A stretch of 64,000 bases of DNA, from the NCBI RefSeq assembly GCF_006345805.1, contig NC_042998.1:87978001-88042000 (forward strand), read 5' to 3'. The DNA comes from Octopus sinensis (Eukaryota). Position 1 is the first letter of the stretch, and every line of letters begins with the position of its first letter. Under the pieces are notes generated by a model. The model was given only the letters and a program-made list of their open reading frames with translations, did not search any database and had not been told where the DNA came from. The translations under genes and the position numbers were made by a program. This document shows, piece by piece, positions 51,930-64,000 of the stretch.

Positions 51930-53300
51930 TATTTCTCTAGCCATCGCTCATCGTCTCTTTTTAACCAAATCCAGTAGCTAGCCTTCTTCACTGTAGTTTG
52001 GATATTGGTCATGGTGGTTTTTACCTTACGATGAGTTAGGCCTAACGATAACAACAGTCGTCTCACACTGTGTCCAACAAACCCTCTAATTCCGACTTCG
52101 ATTGGAAAATACTCCGCTTTCTAGCCTGCGTCTTCACATTCCTCGAGGAGGTTTACATAACGGTCAATCTTTCGAACCCGTGCGACATCTATGTTATCTT
52201 CATGAGGAACCATTAACTCGACTAGATTTATAAGTTTCCTTCACACATCAAAATGTCCGATTTTTTCATAACTGGGATGGGAAAGAGTCCCTGGCACACT
52301 GGTAAATCTGCGGTCACCTCCCAATAGCCGTTCCACTTTTCATCTCTCACAGGAAGCTTCTTGTTCTTCTTCTTGAAACGGATCCGCTGACCTGAGCGCA
52401 CGAAGGTAATGAAATCTCTAGTTGGTACTTTCAGCGGTTTTTTCTCACTGTTGTTGAAATCAATTTGGTTCTTTATTGCATTGAAGATAACCTTAAGGAC
52501 CAGGTTGTATCTCCATGTATACCTGTTCAATGCTAATGAACAGCTAGAAGAATATGTTTCAGTGTTCCGACCTTTCTGCATTTGCATAAGTCATTCTCTG
52601 AGACGTTCCATCTTACTAGATTTGTAGGTGATGGCAAAACGTCATAGGATGGACGAATCAGAAAACTTAGCCAAGATGTGGTCCACTTCCATATCTCATC
52701 CCAACTTATTTTCTTCTCAACAACATGTTCTTCCCATCTCGTCATCTGTCCTTGTTGAATACATCGGATCAAATGAAGCTCTCTTCTCTCTGCTTCCCTC
52801 GTGTTGACGCTGTTGCTAACAACAGATTTGCGTTCGTTCCGCATCATACTTGCAAATGGTCTGAACTGATATGCGCCAAAACCAAGTCCTTTCCGATGGT
52901 TTTGCGTTGCACCCATCATATCTCTGTGTGTAAGGGAAGACAAGATGTCATCATTCTCTGCTTCTGCTTCCACCTCCTGGCTGTTTTCACCTCTAGTAGG
53001 TTACGCCTAATTTCCATGTCCTATTCTCTCAGCTTCATCACCGTTTGTATCTTCCCCAGTTTATACGACCTCCTTGGTTTTGCATTGGCCTCTCGCCGGA
53101 CATCTGTCATAGTCCCCGCAGGAGCATCCAGCCCCCGCTCGTCGTTTAGGAGTGCTAACTAAAACACTCTTAATACTGGGGACGCAGCTAAAAGAGACTC
53201 TTAAGTTGTGTCTATAGAATATGCGTCCGTACCTATGATATAGGATTAGAATCTGAAAAAACGCCGTAAAGCTAAGCGCTTTATGTACGTGAAACACAGG
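51930..53300 (-). mobile_element. HERO/NeSL-like REL non-LTR retrotransposon 3' fragment
   Basis: QQGQMTRWEE..ISWDEIW..LSFLIRPSYDVLPSPTNLVRW..C.C...GTLKHIL..C.LAL.RYTWR.N.VL; FPIEVG.RG; ASYWIWLKR. Confidence 0.75.
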
Positions 53301-53465
53301 GTAACCTCATAGACCGGCCTGAGCTATCTTTATCTTATTACTCTTCTGATGTCTAACTTAGAGAGCGCTACTCTTTCGGATTTATGATTTATTGACGATA
53401 TATATATGTGACATATATATATATATATATCAAAGATAGAAAGTATGGTTGTTAATTCCACGTGG

Positions 53466-53747
53466 TTTGTTTTACACAACTAAAGAATATATTAGAATCA
53501 CTATAGCAAAAGTATTATACAATATTATACAAAAGAAGATTTTTTTCTTCTAACATAATCAATTTCGCCAACGTTTTTCAAAGTTTGAGGGTTGAGTTCA
53601 ATTCGGAGTATTGTATCCAACCCTCAAACTTTGAAAAAGCGTTAACGAAACCGATTATGTTGGAAGAAAAAAATCCTATTTTGTATAATATTGCATGATA
53701 CTTTTGCTATGATGATTCTAATATATTCTTTAGTCGTGTAATACAAA
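53466..53747. mobile_element. Foldback element: ~129-bp arms (53466-53594 / 53618-53747), 23-nt loop
   Basis: Direct reading of the inverted arms. Confidence 0.88.
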
Positions 53748-53889
53748 TCTGTGTTTTTTTTCTCTTTCCTTGTCTGTGTGTATATATATAAATATTGGCG
53801 GTGCACCATCATGGTCTCTGCCTTAGGGCTGAAACATGTGAAAGAATAAAAGAATGTATGTGTGTGCGTGTGTGTATAACTGGCACTAT

Positions 53890-54380
53890 AACACCCAGTT
53901 ATAGTGCTGTAAGAGCAGTGTCGAGCAGCTCCTACTTGGTCGAAAACTATGCTGGGTCGTTTTCTTCAGGGAATGCGATTAGTTTCCCTCTGACTATCCG
54001 TTCCATGACTTTGCTGATGTGTGAAATCTGACAGATAGGCCTATAATTTTTGGTACCTGCTCTGCGTCCTCCTTTATGGATTGGGCATATTGTTCCCTCA
54101 TTCAGTTTGCTTGGCAGCTTGCCATTTGCAAGAAAACTCTGGAAGAGAATCTACAGTGGTTTTGCTAGGGCATGCTAGCACGATTTGTGGAGGATTGCTG
54201 GGAAACCAAATTAAACCAAACATTTTCCCTTTGTTTCACCTATTCCACATCAGAATTTATGAGATCAGCTGTCATTTTCCTATCTCACTTCAGCATATTT
54301 GCACAACTTTTCATTTCAAAATACCCATTTTCCCTAAACACAGGAAGAAACAAATTCGGTGGAGCACTCTTCTGTAGGCA
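53890..54380 (-). mobile_element. CR1-group LINE RT N-terminal fragment (degenerate)
   Basis: RPI..SHISKVMERIVRGKLIAF.EEN..QHSFRPSRSC.TLLLQHY across frameshifts. Confidence 0.65.
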
Positions 54381-54423
54381 ACCCATATGCGTAATATAAC
54401 GACACATAATAACATGTGAGTCG

Positions 54424-54467
<44 letters not shown>

Positions 54468-54469
54468 CT

Positions 54470-56984
54470 GTAATAACCTCTTTTACTTTCTATTGCTATA
54501 AGAAAATGTGGAGCTGACGTGGAGGGCCATCCAACTATAAAATTATTTGACGTGACAATCAGAAAAATTTACTCTGCGCATCCGATTCACTATGAATGTT
54601 TCTTTTTAATGCTGCTTCTTCATGAAATAAGAGGGCCGACTTCTTTCTCCTTCCTAAAAAACGATTGATGGTCAAACTGTTCGTAGTTATAGAGAAACTT
54701 GTTTAGCCTTAAACTTGTTAGAAGATGACAATCTCTGGGATAGAACAATGACTGAGGCTTCAGTGTCACGCATACCTATTTCTTTGAGAAATTTTTTTGC
54801 AGTTCTGCTCCTGAATTTTGAAGTAATTAATCCATTATTGTTGTGGCACTTATATAAGAATGGTTTATCAGAAGACTACAAATATCAAGCACAATTAAAA
54901 TTCCCTGAGAGGGAAATAGTTTTCAACGGTTGCATATAATTCTGCATTGGTTGATATTGAAGATTGCGTTGTCTTAATGGGAGGGGAGGAGCTCAGCAAG
55001 TTTGGCTTACCTGAAATTGATCGAAATTGGGTGAATAATTTGATCACAGAAGTTTTGCATGAAATTTCATATGATATTGATTCATTAACAAGATTCCTTA
55101 GAGAAAATGTCCCGAAACTTTTGCCAGACCAACAACTTGCATATTCAATAATCATTGACCAAATGACACATAAGAGAGAGGAGGGTCATATTTTTTAGAC
55201 GCACCAGGAGGAACTGGAAAAACTTTTGTTACAAATTGAGTGCTAACCAAAGTCCGGCAGAAAAAGGAAATAGCCCTTAGCTATAGAGAGCTCTGGAACT
55301 GCTGCAACTTTACTCTCAGGGGGTCGAACAGCTCATGCAGCATTCAAGCTGCCATTTAATCTAACTTCAGATGATGAACCTATCTGCAGTATTAGTAAAA
55401 GTTCTTCTTTAGCTCAATTTCTCATAAAATATTCTTTGATCATATTGGACGAAGCTACAATGTCCCATAAAAAAAAACAGTATAAGTTGTTAAAAGAATG
55501 TTGCAGGATTTGCGCAATTCCAATTATTTGATGCGAGGTGTGACAGTAGTACTTTCAGGTGATTTCAGACAAACTTTGCCATTGGTTCCTAGGGGAACAA
55601 AGGCTGATGAATTGAAAGCATGCTTGTGCTTGAAATCTTCGATTTTATGGGCATATATCCAATTTGAGGGCACATTTGCATGGGGATCATCTGTCGGAAC
55701 CATTTGCCCATTCTATTTTGCAGCTTGGAGAAGGAAGGATAGATATCAATCATGAAGATGACTTGAATCCATCAAAAATCTGCACCTTAGTCAGCTCGGT
55801 TGAGGAACTTATTGAAGAAGGTTTTTCCAAGTATAATTTCAAATTACATAAATGCTGCTTGGTTGTGCTAAAGAGCAACATAGCACCAAAGAACGCTACT
55901 GTGTATAATTTAAATGAAAGACTTGGGGAACTTTTAGCAGGAAACAAACATAATTACAATTCTATAGTCTCTGTTGTGGATGAATCAGAAATAGTCAATT
56001 TCCCGGTTGAGTTCTTAAACTCACTGCAGCCACCAGAAGCTCCTTCTCATTACTTTCCATTGAAAATAGGCGCACCTATCATGCTTTTGCGCTATCTTTC
56101 TCAACCAAAGCTGCGAAATGGCAAGAAAAAAATGTTAAATGTCATACAGGCCACAATAGTTTCTGGCTGTGGAAAAGGTGATGCTTTATTCTTCGCTTAC
56201 ACTTAATACCTTCTAATATGCCCTTCAAATTCAAATGACAAGCAGAAACACCCGTCATTGACTGGGTTGAAAGAAGCTGCCAAAATTGTGTTTCGAATAT
56301 TAAAAGTTATTCACTCAGATTGTATTGAACATATATAATGTCATACGGTCCACAATAGTTTCTGTCTTTTGCGATGTCCATTAATAAGTCCTAAGGTCAG
56401 ACTTTGAAAGTTGCTGGTTTGCAATTAGAAGAGGACTGTTTTCCACGCGGTCGTTTATATGTTGGGACATCCAGAGTGCGGAGCAAAAACAATCTTTTCA
56501 TTTTTGCCCCTACTGGTAAAACCCGAAGCGTTGTCTATAAAGAAGTTTTTAGCATGGGATTAACAAACTAAAATTTGCAGAATGATTAATAGCTTTGAAT
56601 TGATGTTGTCAACGTCACACTATATTCGCCTAAGAAAAGCTATTTGTAGTTAGTTTTCTTTGTTGTAATACTTAAGTTCAATAAATTATAGTACATCTGC
56701 TTTTAGTTTCCCCAAACTTTTATTTACTTGTCTTATACAAGACATAATCCAAAGTCTGTGCGGTGCTTGCTTCATTTATAGACTGAAATACTCTGGATCA
56801 TAGATCAGAAGTTTATATGCACCCATGATAATACAGGCCAGAAAAAAACAGCTCCATCGTCTTCATGAAAGTTAACAACCATTTCTTTATATGTTCAATA
56901 CAATCTAAGTGAATAACTTTCAATGTTCATAGTACAATTTTGGCTGCTTCTTTCAACCCAGTCAATGACAGGTGCTTCTGCTAG
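54470..56984 (+). mobile_element. Decayed Helitron: PIF1-like helicase half of RepHel, with 3' terminus (hairpin and CTAG|T)
   Basis: LEDD..W..TM.EA; LDAPGGTGKT; SSG.AATLLSGGRTAH.AFKLP; IILDEATM; VVLSGDFRQTLP; [12 protein letters not shown]; FAMSINKS.GQTL; LYV..SRV. Hairpin 56956-56973, then CTAG at 56981-84 followed by T. Confidence 0.88.
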
Positions 56985-56989
56985 TATAT

Positions 56990-57060
<71 letters not shown>

Positions 57061-57349
57061 CGCGCTGACATGGATGTGTGGTATGTATATATAGCTTGCT
57101 TTCTAACCACATGGTTCTGGGTTCAGTCCCACTGCGTGTCACCTTGGACAAGCATCTTCGATTGAAAGTACTGTATGTGTGTGTATGTATTGTGCATATG
57201 TGCTTGTATTGTGTACATATGCGTGTGTGTGTGTGTGTGTGAGTGAGTGTGTGTGTGTACATATGCATGTATGTGTGCCTATTATTCGTAAACAAGAATA
57301 TTTTTGACAATAACTTCGAAGTTTTGGCTAGTTCAGCCGTCGTTGGACT

Positions 57350-58080
57350 ACGATGCGCTGAGATCAATCTTGGCTTTATATAGTCCCTGTCCAGTTAAAA
57401 TCTTCCTTGAGTATGGAGGCTGGAGTGGAGTGGGGTGGTGATTAGGTATGGCGGGCAGATTGTTATGGAGACTTTTATTGATTAAATTTGGAGTTATGTT
57501 ATTGTTTAAAATGTATTCTTGTACATCGAACTTTGTAAGCAGGTGTGAATATCTAGGTATTTTCCTTTTGGCAAGTAGGCACAGGATGTGCCAGATGTTT
57601 TGGTTACTTTTGGTTTTATTGGATTTAATCCTTTGCTTTGACAACGTAAAAGTCAAAGTTTCAAATTTTAGTCCAGTATTTAAAAATTTAGTAATTGGGT
57701 GTGTGAACTTCTAGAATTTTTAGCAGTTCACAAAAGAATGTAAATACGTAGCACGCTTTAACTGGTTAGTTTCTTTGTTTATTGCTGTTATTAAATAAGT
57801 TATTTCCAGCTTTTATTTGGAAGGTGAGGATTATTAGTCGGGCATGTTATGGTATTGTTAGTATAGAAATTTGTTTATTATGTGCTTTGATGTTTACTAG
57901 AGAATGTGGGTAGAGTGTTATGGTTGATGGTCTGTATGTTTCTCTCTGGGTGTTCATTGCCTATTCTCAATTTGTGTAATACGTAGAAATTTTAACCTTT
58001 GTATTGTGGAGGTAGAATTTGCAGGCTATGTGTTTATAAAATTTTCCTTCAATTCTGTTTCAAAAGCGGATATTTCAAAA
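57350..58080 (-). mobile_element. Possible I/Jockey-group LINE ORF1 (gag-like Zn-knuckle) remnant; weakly similar tract at about 40400-41050
   Basis: Frameshifted C/H-rich stretch followed by KFDVQEYILNNNIT, reminiscent of ORF1 post-knuckle sequence; by eye only. Confidence 0.25.
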
Positions 58081-58710
58081 ATATATTATTTTAAGCTTTT
58101 GGATATATGCGGAAGTGAGTCATTATAAAAGGTGTGTATATATTCATTTATAAGAATGGGAATAAAAACAAAATCTAATTTTTAAAATAAATAAATAAAT
58201 GATTCAATTACGCCAATTAAATAGCTAGCTTGATAGACACTAGAACACAAAAAACAACAGAAATAAAATTAATAAATCTTGACACTAATTAAAAATATAA
58301 TAAAAATGAAACTTAAAAAAAACTAAAAAGAAAGAGACTTTTAAATATTTTTATTCGATATAAACCAAGCACTAAAACATTATAGGAAACAATTAGCAGC
58401 ATCAACAACTCTAATTAGTCACATCATACCATACTTCACCATAACAACTTCAGATTACAACACACATTCTAATATAAAATTAATGTCTTTATCAAGCATC
58501 TTTCGAAAATTAACCACCAAAAATCACAGAAAGAAGGCGGGAATACAAACAAGAAAGTGCGCACCTACTACTGTCATTATGACTAAAAGCAATCTTCTAC
58601 AGATTACACGCGCTTTCGTTTTTTTGAAGAAGGACACTTTAGATAACATATTCCTCAAAATTAGAACGGTAATGTCTTCGATACTAGGCCTGCAAAATAC
58701 GGATCAGCTC

Positions 58711-58887
58711 GAAGAAGAAGAAGAAGAAGAAGAAGAAGAAGAAGAAGAAGAAGAAGAAGAAGAAGAAGAAGAAGAAGAAGAAGAAGAAGAAGAAGAAGAA
58801 GAAGAAGAAGAAGAAGAAGAAGAAGAAGAAGAAGAAGAAGAAGAAGAAGAAGAAGAAGAAGAAGAAGAAGAAGAAGAAGAAGAAGAA
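58711..58887 (+). repeat. Pure (GAA)59 microsatellite
   Basis: 177 uninterrupted bp. Confidence 0.97.
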
Positions 58888-59496
58888 AATGATGATGATT
58901 TTAGTCACAGTCTAACTAAATCACTAACCTAAACAAAAGGCTGCTCATTTCAACAATTACAATATTACTCTTGACAATACTGCCAAATCACCAGTATCAA
59001 AAAATTTGAGTGAATTTATCACAATGTTTAACCGTTAACAAAATCTTAAGTGAAGATAACACAATCCCATCACCCTCTTATGCACGTCCCCCAAATATTT
59101 AGGAAAGACGCAGTCTTTAGTACTAGTATTCTGTATATTTTCCTATTCCGAATCACACCAAAGATTTCGACCGTAGACTACAAACATACTTTAATTTTTA
59201 AAATTCCCAGCAGGTTCAACACCACTACACCCCTTTCAGAGCAGTGGTGTTAAACACACATATACGTTTTGATGTGTTTACATCCCCGTCACCTAGCAGT
59301 TTGGCAAAAGAGACCGACAGAATAAGCCTAGTGGCTTTAAAAACAATAAGCACTGGGGTCTATGCATTCGACTAAAAATTCTTCGAGGTGATACTCCAGC
59401 ATGGCCTCAGTCTAATGATGAAACAAGAAAAAGATAAACAACATAGTGGTGAAAAACTCTCAATAATCTATGGAATAAACCTATAGACTCGAACCA

Positions 59497-59716
59497 GCAT
59501 CATCATCATCATTGTTCGACCGTGGTCGAGACAATGGAATTTACCATGCCAACGGTCCATCATGGCATTACGGAGGTCCTGTTGCTGGATGTCTGTATCC
59601 CTGGAGATTACATCAGGGTAGGAGAGTGTGCGCCCTCTGGTATTGCGAGTAGCTGGCTTCCAGGGGAGAAGAGTAGAAATTACTTCTTTTTCAGCTCTAC
59701 AACAATGTCCAGGACT
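59497..59716 (-). mobile_element. LINE-like 3' end with (GAT)n tail (RTE-like)
   Basis: catcatcatcatcatt followed by gttcgaccgtggtcgagacaatggaattt. Family assignment is from memory only. Confidence 0.4.
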
Positions 59717-61188
59717 AATGTTGCAGTAATTTAGCCTCAGTTATGTTGCTGAAATTTAGCCCCAGTTATGTTGCTGTAATTTAGCCCCAGTTATGTTGCT
59801 GTAAGTTAGCCCCAGTTATGTTGCTGTAAGTTAGCCCCAGTTATGTTGCTGTAAGTTAGCCCCAGTTATGTTGCTGTAATTTAGTCCCAGTTATGTTGCT
59901 GTAATTTAGTCCCAGTTATGTTGCTGTAAGTTAGCCCCAGTTATGTTGCTGTAATTTAGTCCCAGTTATGTTGCTGTAATTTAGTCCCAGTTATGTTGCT
60001 GTAAGTTAGCCCCAGTTATGTTGCTGTAATTTAGCCCCAGTTATGTTGCTGTAATTTAGTCCCAGTTATGTTGCTGTAATTTAGTCCCAGTTATGTTGCT
60101 GTAAGATAGCCCCAGTTATGTTGCTGTAATTTAGCCCCAGTTATGTTGCTGTAAGTTAGCCCCAGTTATGTTGCTGTAATTTAGCCCCAGTTATGTTGCT
60201 GTAATTTAGCCCCAGTTATGTTGCTGTAAGTTAGCCCCAGTTATGTTGCTGTAATTTAGCCCCAGTTATGTTGCTGTAAGTTAGCCCCAGTTATGTTGCT
60301 GTAATTTAGCCCCAGTTATGTTGCTGTAATTTAGCCCCAGTTATGTTGCTGTAATTTAGCCCCAGTTATGTTGCTGTAAGTTAGCCCCAGTTATGTTGCT
60401 GTAATTTAGTCCCAGTTATGTTGCTGTAATTTAGTCCCAGTTATGTTGCTGTAATTTAGTCCCAGTTATGTTGCTGTAAGTTAGCCCCAGTTATGTTGCT
60501 GTAATTTAGTCCCAGTTATGTTGCCGTAATTTAGTCCCAGTTATGTTGCTGTAAGTTAGCCCCAGTTATGTTGCTGTAATTTAGTCCCAGTTATGTTGCT
60601 GTAAGTTAGCCCCAGTTATGTTGCTGTAATTTAGCCCCAGTTATGTTGCTGTAAGTTAGCCCCAGTTATGTTACTGTAATTTAGCCCCAGTTATGTTGCT
60701 GTAATTTAGCCCCAGTTATGTTGCTGTAAGTTAGCCCCAGTTATGTTGCTGTAATTTAGCCCCAGTTATGTTGCTGTAATTTAGCCCCAGTTATGTTGCT
60801 GTAATTTAGCCCCAGTTATGTTGCTGTAAGTTAGCCCCAGTTATGTTGCTGTAATTTAGCCCCAGTTATGTTGCTGTAATTTAGCCCCAGTTATGTTGCT
60901 GTAATTTAGCCCCAGTTATGTTGCTGTAATTTAGCCCCAGTTATGTTGCTGTAATTTAGCCCCAGTTATGTTGCTGTAATTTAGCCCCAGTTATGTTGCT
61001 GTAATTTAGTCCCAGTTATGTTGCTGTAATTTATCCCCAGTTATGTTGCTGTAATTTAGCCCCAGTTATGTTGCTGTAAGTTAGCCCCAGTTATGTTGCT
61101 GTAATTTAGCCCCAGTTATGTTGCTGTAATTTAGTCCCAGTTATGTTGCTGTAATTTAGCCCCAGTTATGTTGCTGTAATTTAGCCCA
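59717..61188. repeat. 25-bp minisatellite, about 59 units, consensus TTATGTTGCTGTAA(T/G)TTAG(C/T)CCCAG
   Basis: Read unit by unit; period 25. Confidence 0.97.
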
Positions 61189-61329
61189 TTGTGAGATTTT
61201 AAAATAGTAATTTTCTAAGCCAAGAAAAATTTTTAATTGCTAGTCGTGAGCGGCTACCGTTTACTCCTGTTAATTAATTCAATTAATAATTCTGGCTTAT
61301 CTCTTGAGGTTTATTCTTTGTTACATGCA

Positions 61330-61920
61330 GCGAGGTCACGATGTGTAGCATAGTGGATAGGGTATTCAGCCCACGATCATAAGGCCATGAATTCGATTCC
61401 TGGCAGCTCCTTGTGTCCTTGAGCAAGATTCTTTATTTCACTTTATTCCAGTTCATTCAAGTGGCAAAAATAAGTTGTATCAGAAAGCTGGCAGAAACAT
61501 TAGCACACTGGGCGAAATGCTTAGCGATATTTCGTCTGCCGCTACGTTCTGATTCAAATTCCGCCGAGGTCAACTTTGCCTTTCATCCTTTCGGGGTCGA
61601 TTAAATGAGTACCAGTTACGCACTGGAGTCTATATAATCGACTTAATCCGTTTGTCTGTTCTTGTTTGTTCCCTCTGTGTTTAGCCCCTTGTGTGTAGTA
61701 AAGAAATAGGTATTTCGCCTGTCATTACGTTCTGAGTTTAAATTCCCCCGAGGTCGACTTCGCCTTTCATTGTTTCGGGGTCAATTAAATGAGTACCAGT
61801 TACGCACTGGGGTCGATATAATCGACTTAACACGTTTGTCTGTCTTTGTTTGTCCCCTCTGTGTTTAGCCCCTTGTGGATAGTAAAGAAATAGGTATTTC
61901 GTCTGTCATTACGTTCTGAG
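61330..61920 (+). mobile_element. Composite SINE: head of one family fused to a ~2.2-unit multimeric SINE
   Basis: tagcatagtggataggg..gtccttgagcaag, then ctggcagaaac..ttctgattcaaattcc with repeated units. Confidence 0.75.
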
Positions 61921-62949
61921 CTTATGTATGTATGTATTTAAAAGTAGGGTGATTCTCTGTATTTATCCCAAGACAGTCCTTTTCTTTCTCGGACAGCGTT
62001 GTGCGTTGTTTTAGAGACAACATCATGTCACATTGGGGAATTAGTATCTTGATAACATTTTGGGATGACTGCGGATCACATGTGTGATGTCTTCCAAAGA
62101 AATGACATAATCCACATTTTCGGTTGCATTTTGGAGCCCCAAGGACTTCACTGTCTCTTTTGTTTATGAAGTATTTTGTTGTTGTTTCCTTGTCTTGAAT
62201 TGCAAACGCATAGCCTTCGAAGTATGTATGTATGTATGTATGTATGTATATATGTATGTATGTATGTATGCATGCATGTATGTATGTATGTCTGTTGGGG
62301 CGTCATTTCCCAAGCTTCCTTCAGTCTTGCCTAGTTTGAGAACGAAATTTCTAGATAACATTCACCTCATTGCGAAGCTGGAGATCTTGCTTCTTTCTAG
62401 ACAACTTGGGTTTGTAAGCTGTTACCGACTTTAAATTCCAGCACGAGTATTACTAACAGTCATAGGGTTTAACATCTTGAAAGATGATAATTTGTCTGTG
62501 ATTGACATATTCGTCTAGCGAGATGGCTACAATGTATGTATATTTGCATATATCTATGTATGAACGCTCATCTGCTCCATCTATATCATTAGAAATACTG
62601 CTACTGCATAAGGTATCACCTTCCGTCTAGGTTTCGCTTGCCAGCCAAGACAATGGACAAGGGAGTATCCTGGAACTACTGTTGCCCCTAGTGAAATGGA
62701 TAAAATTAATCCAGGTTATGATCATTGCAGAGGTAGTAAGCAGTTGCTGACCAGTAGGTTTAATAAGATATTAAGTAGATACAATTAAAAGACGTGTTAA
62801 TATAGGAATCTGCATCCACATGTAGTTGTATAGTATGGCTTGCTCACTTGCTCACTTGAAGGTACTACAGCTACCTTTTCTTTACATCCTAGCTTGAGAT
62901 GAATGAGATAGATAAAGTGTAAATGTCTTCCTAAGAAAACAGAACCGTT

Positions 62950-63360
62950 GGTTTGAAGGTTCGAAAGCAAATCATATACCCAGCATCAGAAACGGGCGTG
63001 CTATAACAAAGGCGAAAACTAGAATAGAAATATTCAATAATTCAGGCGATATTATCAAAGACCAAATCTACAGTCAAGATACAAAGATATGAAAGAACAA
63101 AAACCTACAAGTAGAATTACAAGAAGGTAATTTCAAGATCAATGATAATTTCAAACACGAAATCAGCAACATGCCTGCAAATACAACAGAAATATATCAA
63201 TGTTGAAAGTTTATTAACACTAAACTCCCACACAGCACGGAAGCAACATCAGAATCTATGGATGGCTCATCTGATATGGATACTCATGTAAATATAACAA
63301 ACGAGCAAATAGAAAGTGCAATGAAAAGAGTTGAAAACGGTAATGCCCCCAGTTTACCTG
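62950..63360 (+). mobile_element. RTE-like LINE remnant (linker and start of RT)
   Basis: ITNEQIESAMKRVENGNAP resembles IT.EEI..A...KNGKAPG.D. Confidence 0.4.
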
Positions 63361-64000
63361 ACATCAGTATTTCAAGTCGTACATTCCATTCTATTTTAAT
63401 TCTTCGTTAATTGTTCACAATTTTAAGTAGGCTCCGTTGAAGAGAAAAATTACCACGCCGGTATTTATTGCAGTTTTTATATATTTTTATTAACCCTTAT
63501 CGCTCATATTTACATGTGTACATATAATTAATTTTATGGAACAACGGTCATGAAAACAAACATATTAGCAATCTTGTGTAATACAACATGCTAGATTATA
63601 TAATGAAAGTAGTTCAGAGTTACTGAAGATGAAATAAGTAGAAGAAATTAATACTATTGCACATAATCATTGCGCGTAATTCAGCACTACAATTCGAGGC
63701 ATGTGCTTTTGTCAAATATGACATAAGCATGTTAAGTAAGACGAAGTCAAATCGGATGAGAGACCAACAAACTGAACAAAGTGACGTAGTTTCGTGTGGA
63801 ATGGTAGGCTGCTTTTTTTTAGGTTGATTTTACCGACTTTTTATAACTATGAGCCAAATTTTCCAGAATCTTCGATCAAGCAACTTGGCGGGGAAAACTC
63901 GCTCACTTCTTTGAAATTCGTCGTATCATCCATAACAAGTCAGCCAGTACTGATTGATCAAGTCATATGTGCGTAGGCATTAATACCTTTTATGGTAACA

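Noticed and set aside
58483-58932. 149-aa ORF with a long acidic tract
   Set aside because: The tract is a (GAA)59 microsatellite and the flanks show no recognisable protein signal.
59717-61188. CRISPR-like appearance of the regular array
   Set aside because: Head-to-tail 25-bp units with no unique spacers, no cas genes and a eukaryotic context; it is a minisatellite.
5942-61420. tRNA-like A/B boxes as genuine tRNA genes
   Set aside because: They are SINE heads followed by shared SINE bodies; I could not fold a cloverleaf for any.

Overview
AT-rich, microsatellite-dense eukaryotic DNA. The repeat families and the gene look like a coleoid cephalopod, probably Octopus; this is recognition from memory, not database-checked. 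I can support one protein-coding gene: a minus-strand secreted tyrosinase (type-3 copper protein), CDS complement(join(14272..15640,23353..23465,36193..36579)), 622 aa. Its GT-AG junctions are phase-compatible and all six Cu-binding His are present. The middle (CuA) exon is absent from the supplied ORF track. A candidate TATA box and non-coding first exon lie near 42.8 kb. The rest is transposon debris: at least seven R4/Dong-type REL-LINE pieces (one nearly full length), HERO-, CR1-, RTE- and Penelope-like LINE fragments, a Gypsy integrase fragment, two mariner fragments, a hAT end, a decayed Helitron, many tRNA-derived SINEs (some multimeric), three foldback elements, a 25-bp minisatellite and many microsatellites. 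Most short ORFs in the track are microsatellite or antisense artefacts. I found no clear-cut new multi-gene system. The best leads are an R4-type LINE subfamily that appears tied to (TACA)n microsatellites, alongside (TAA)n-associated relatives, and a Helitron carrying an inverted copy of its own 3' terminus. Repeat boundaries are approximate unless stated.
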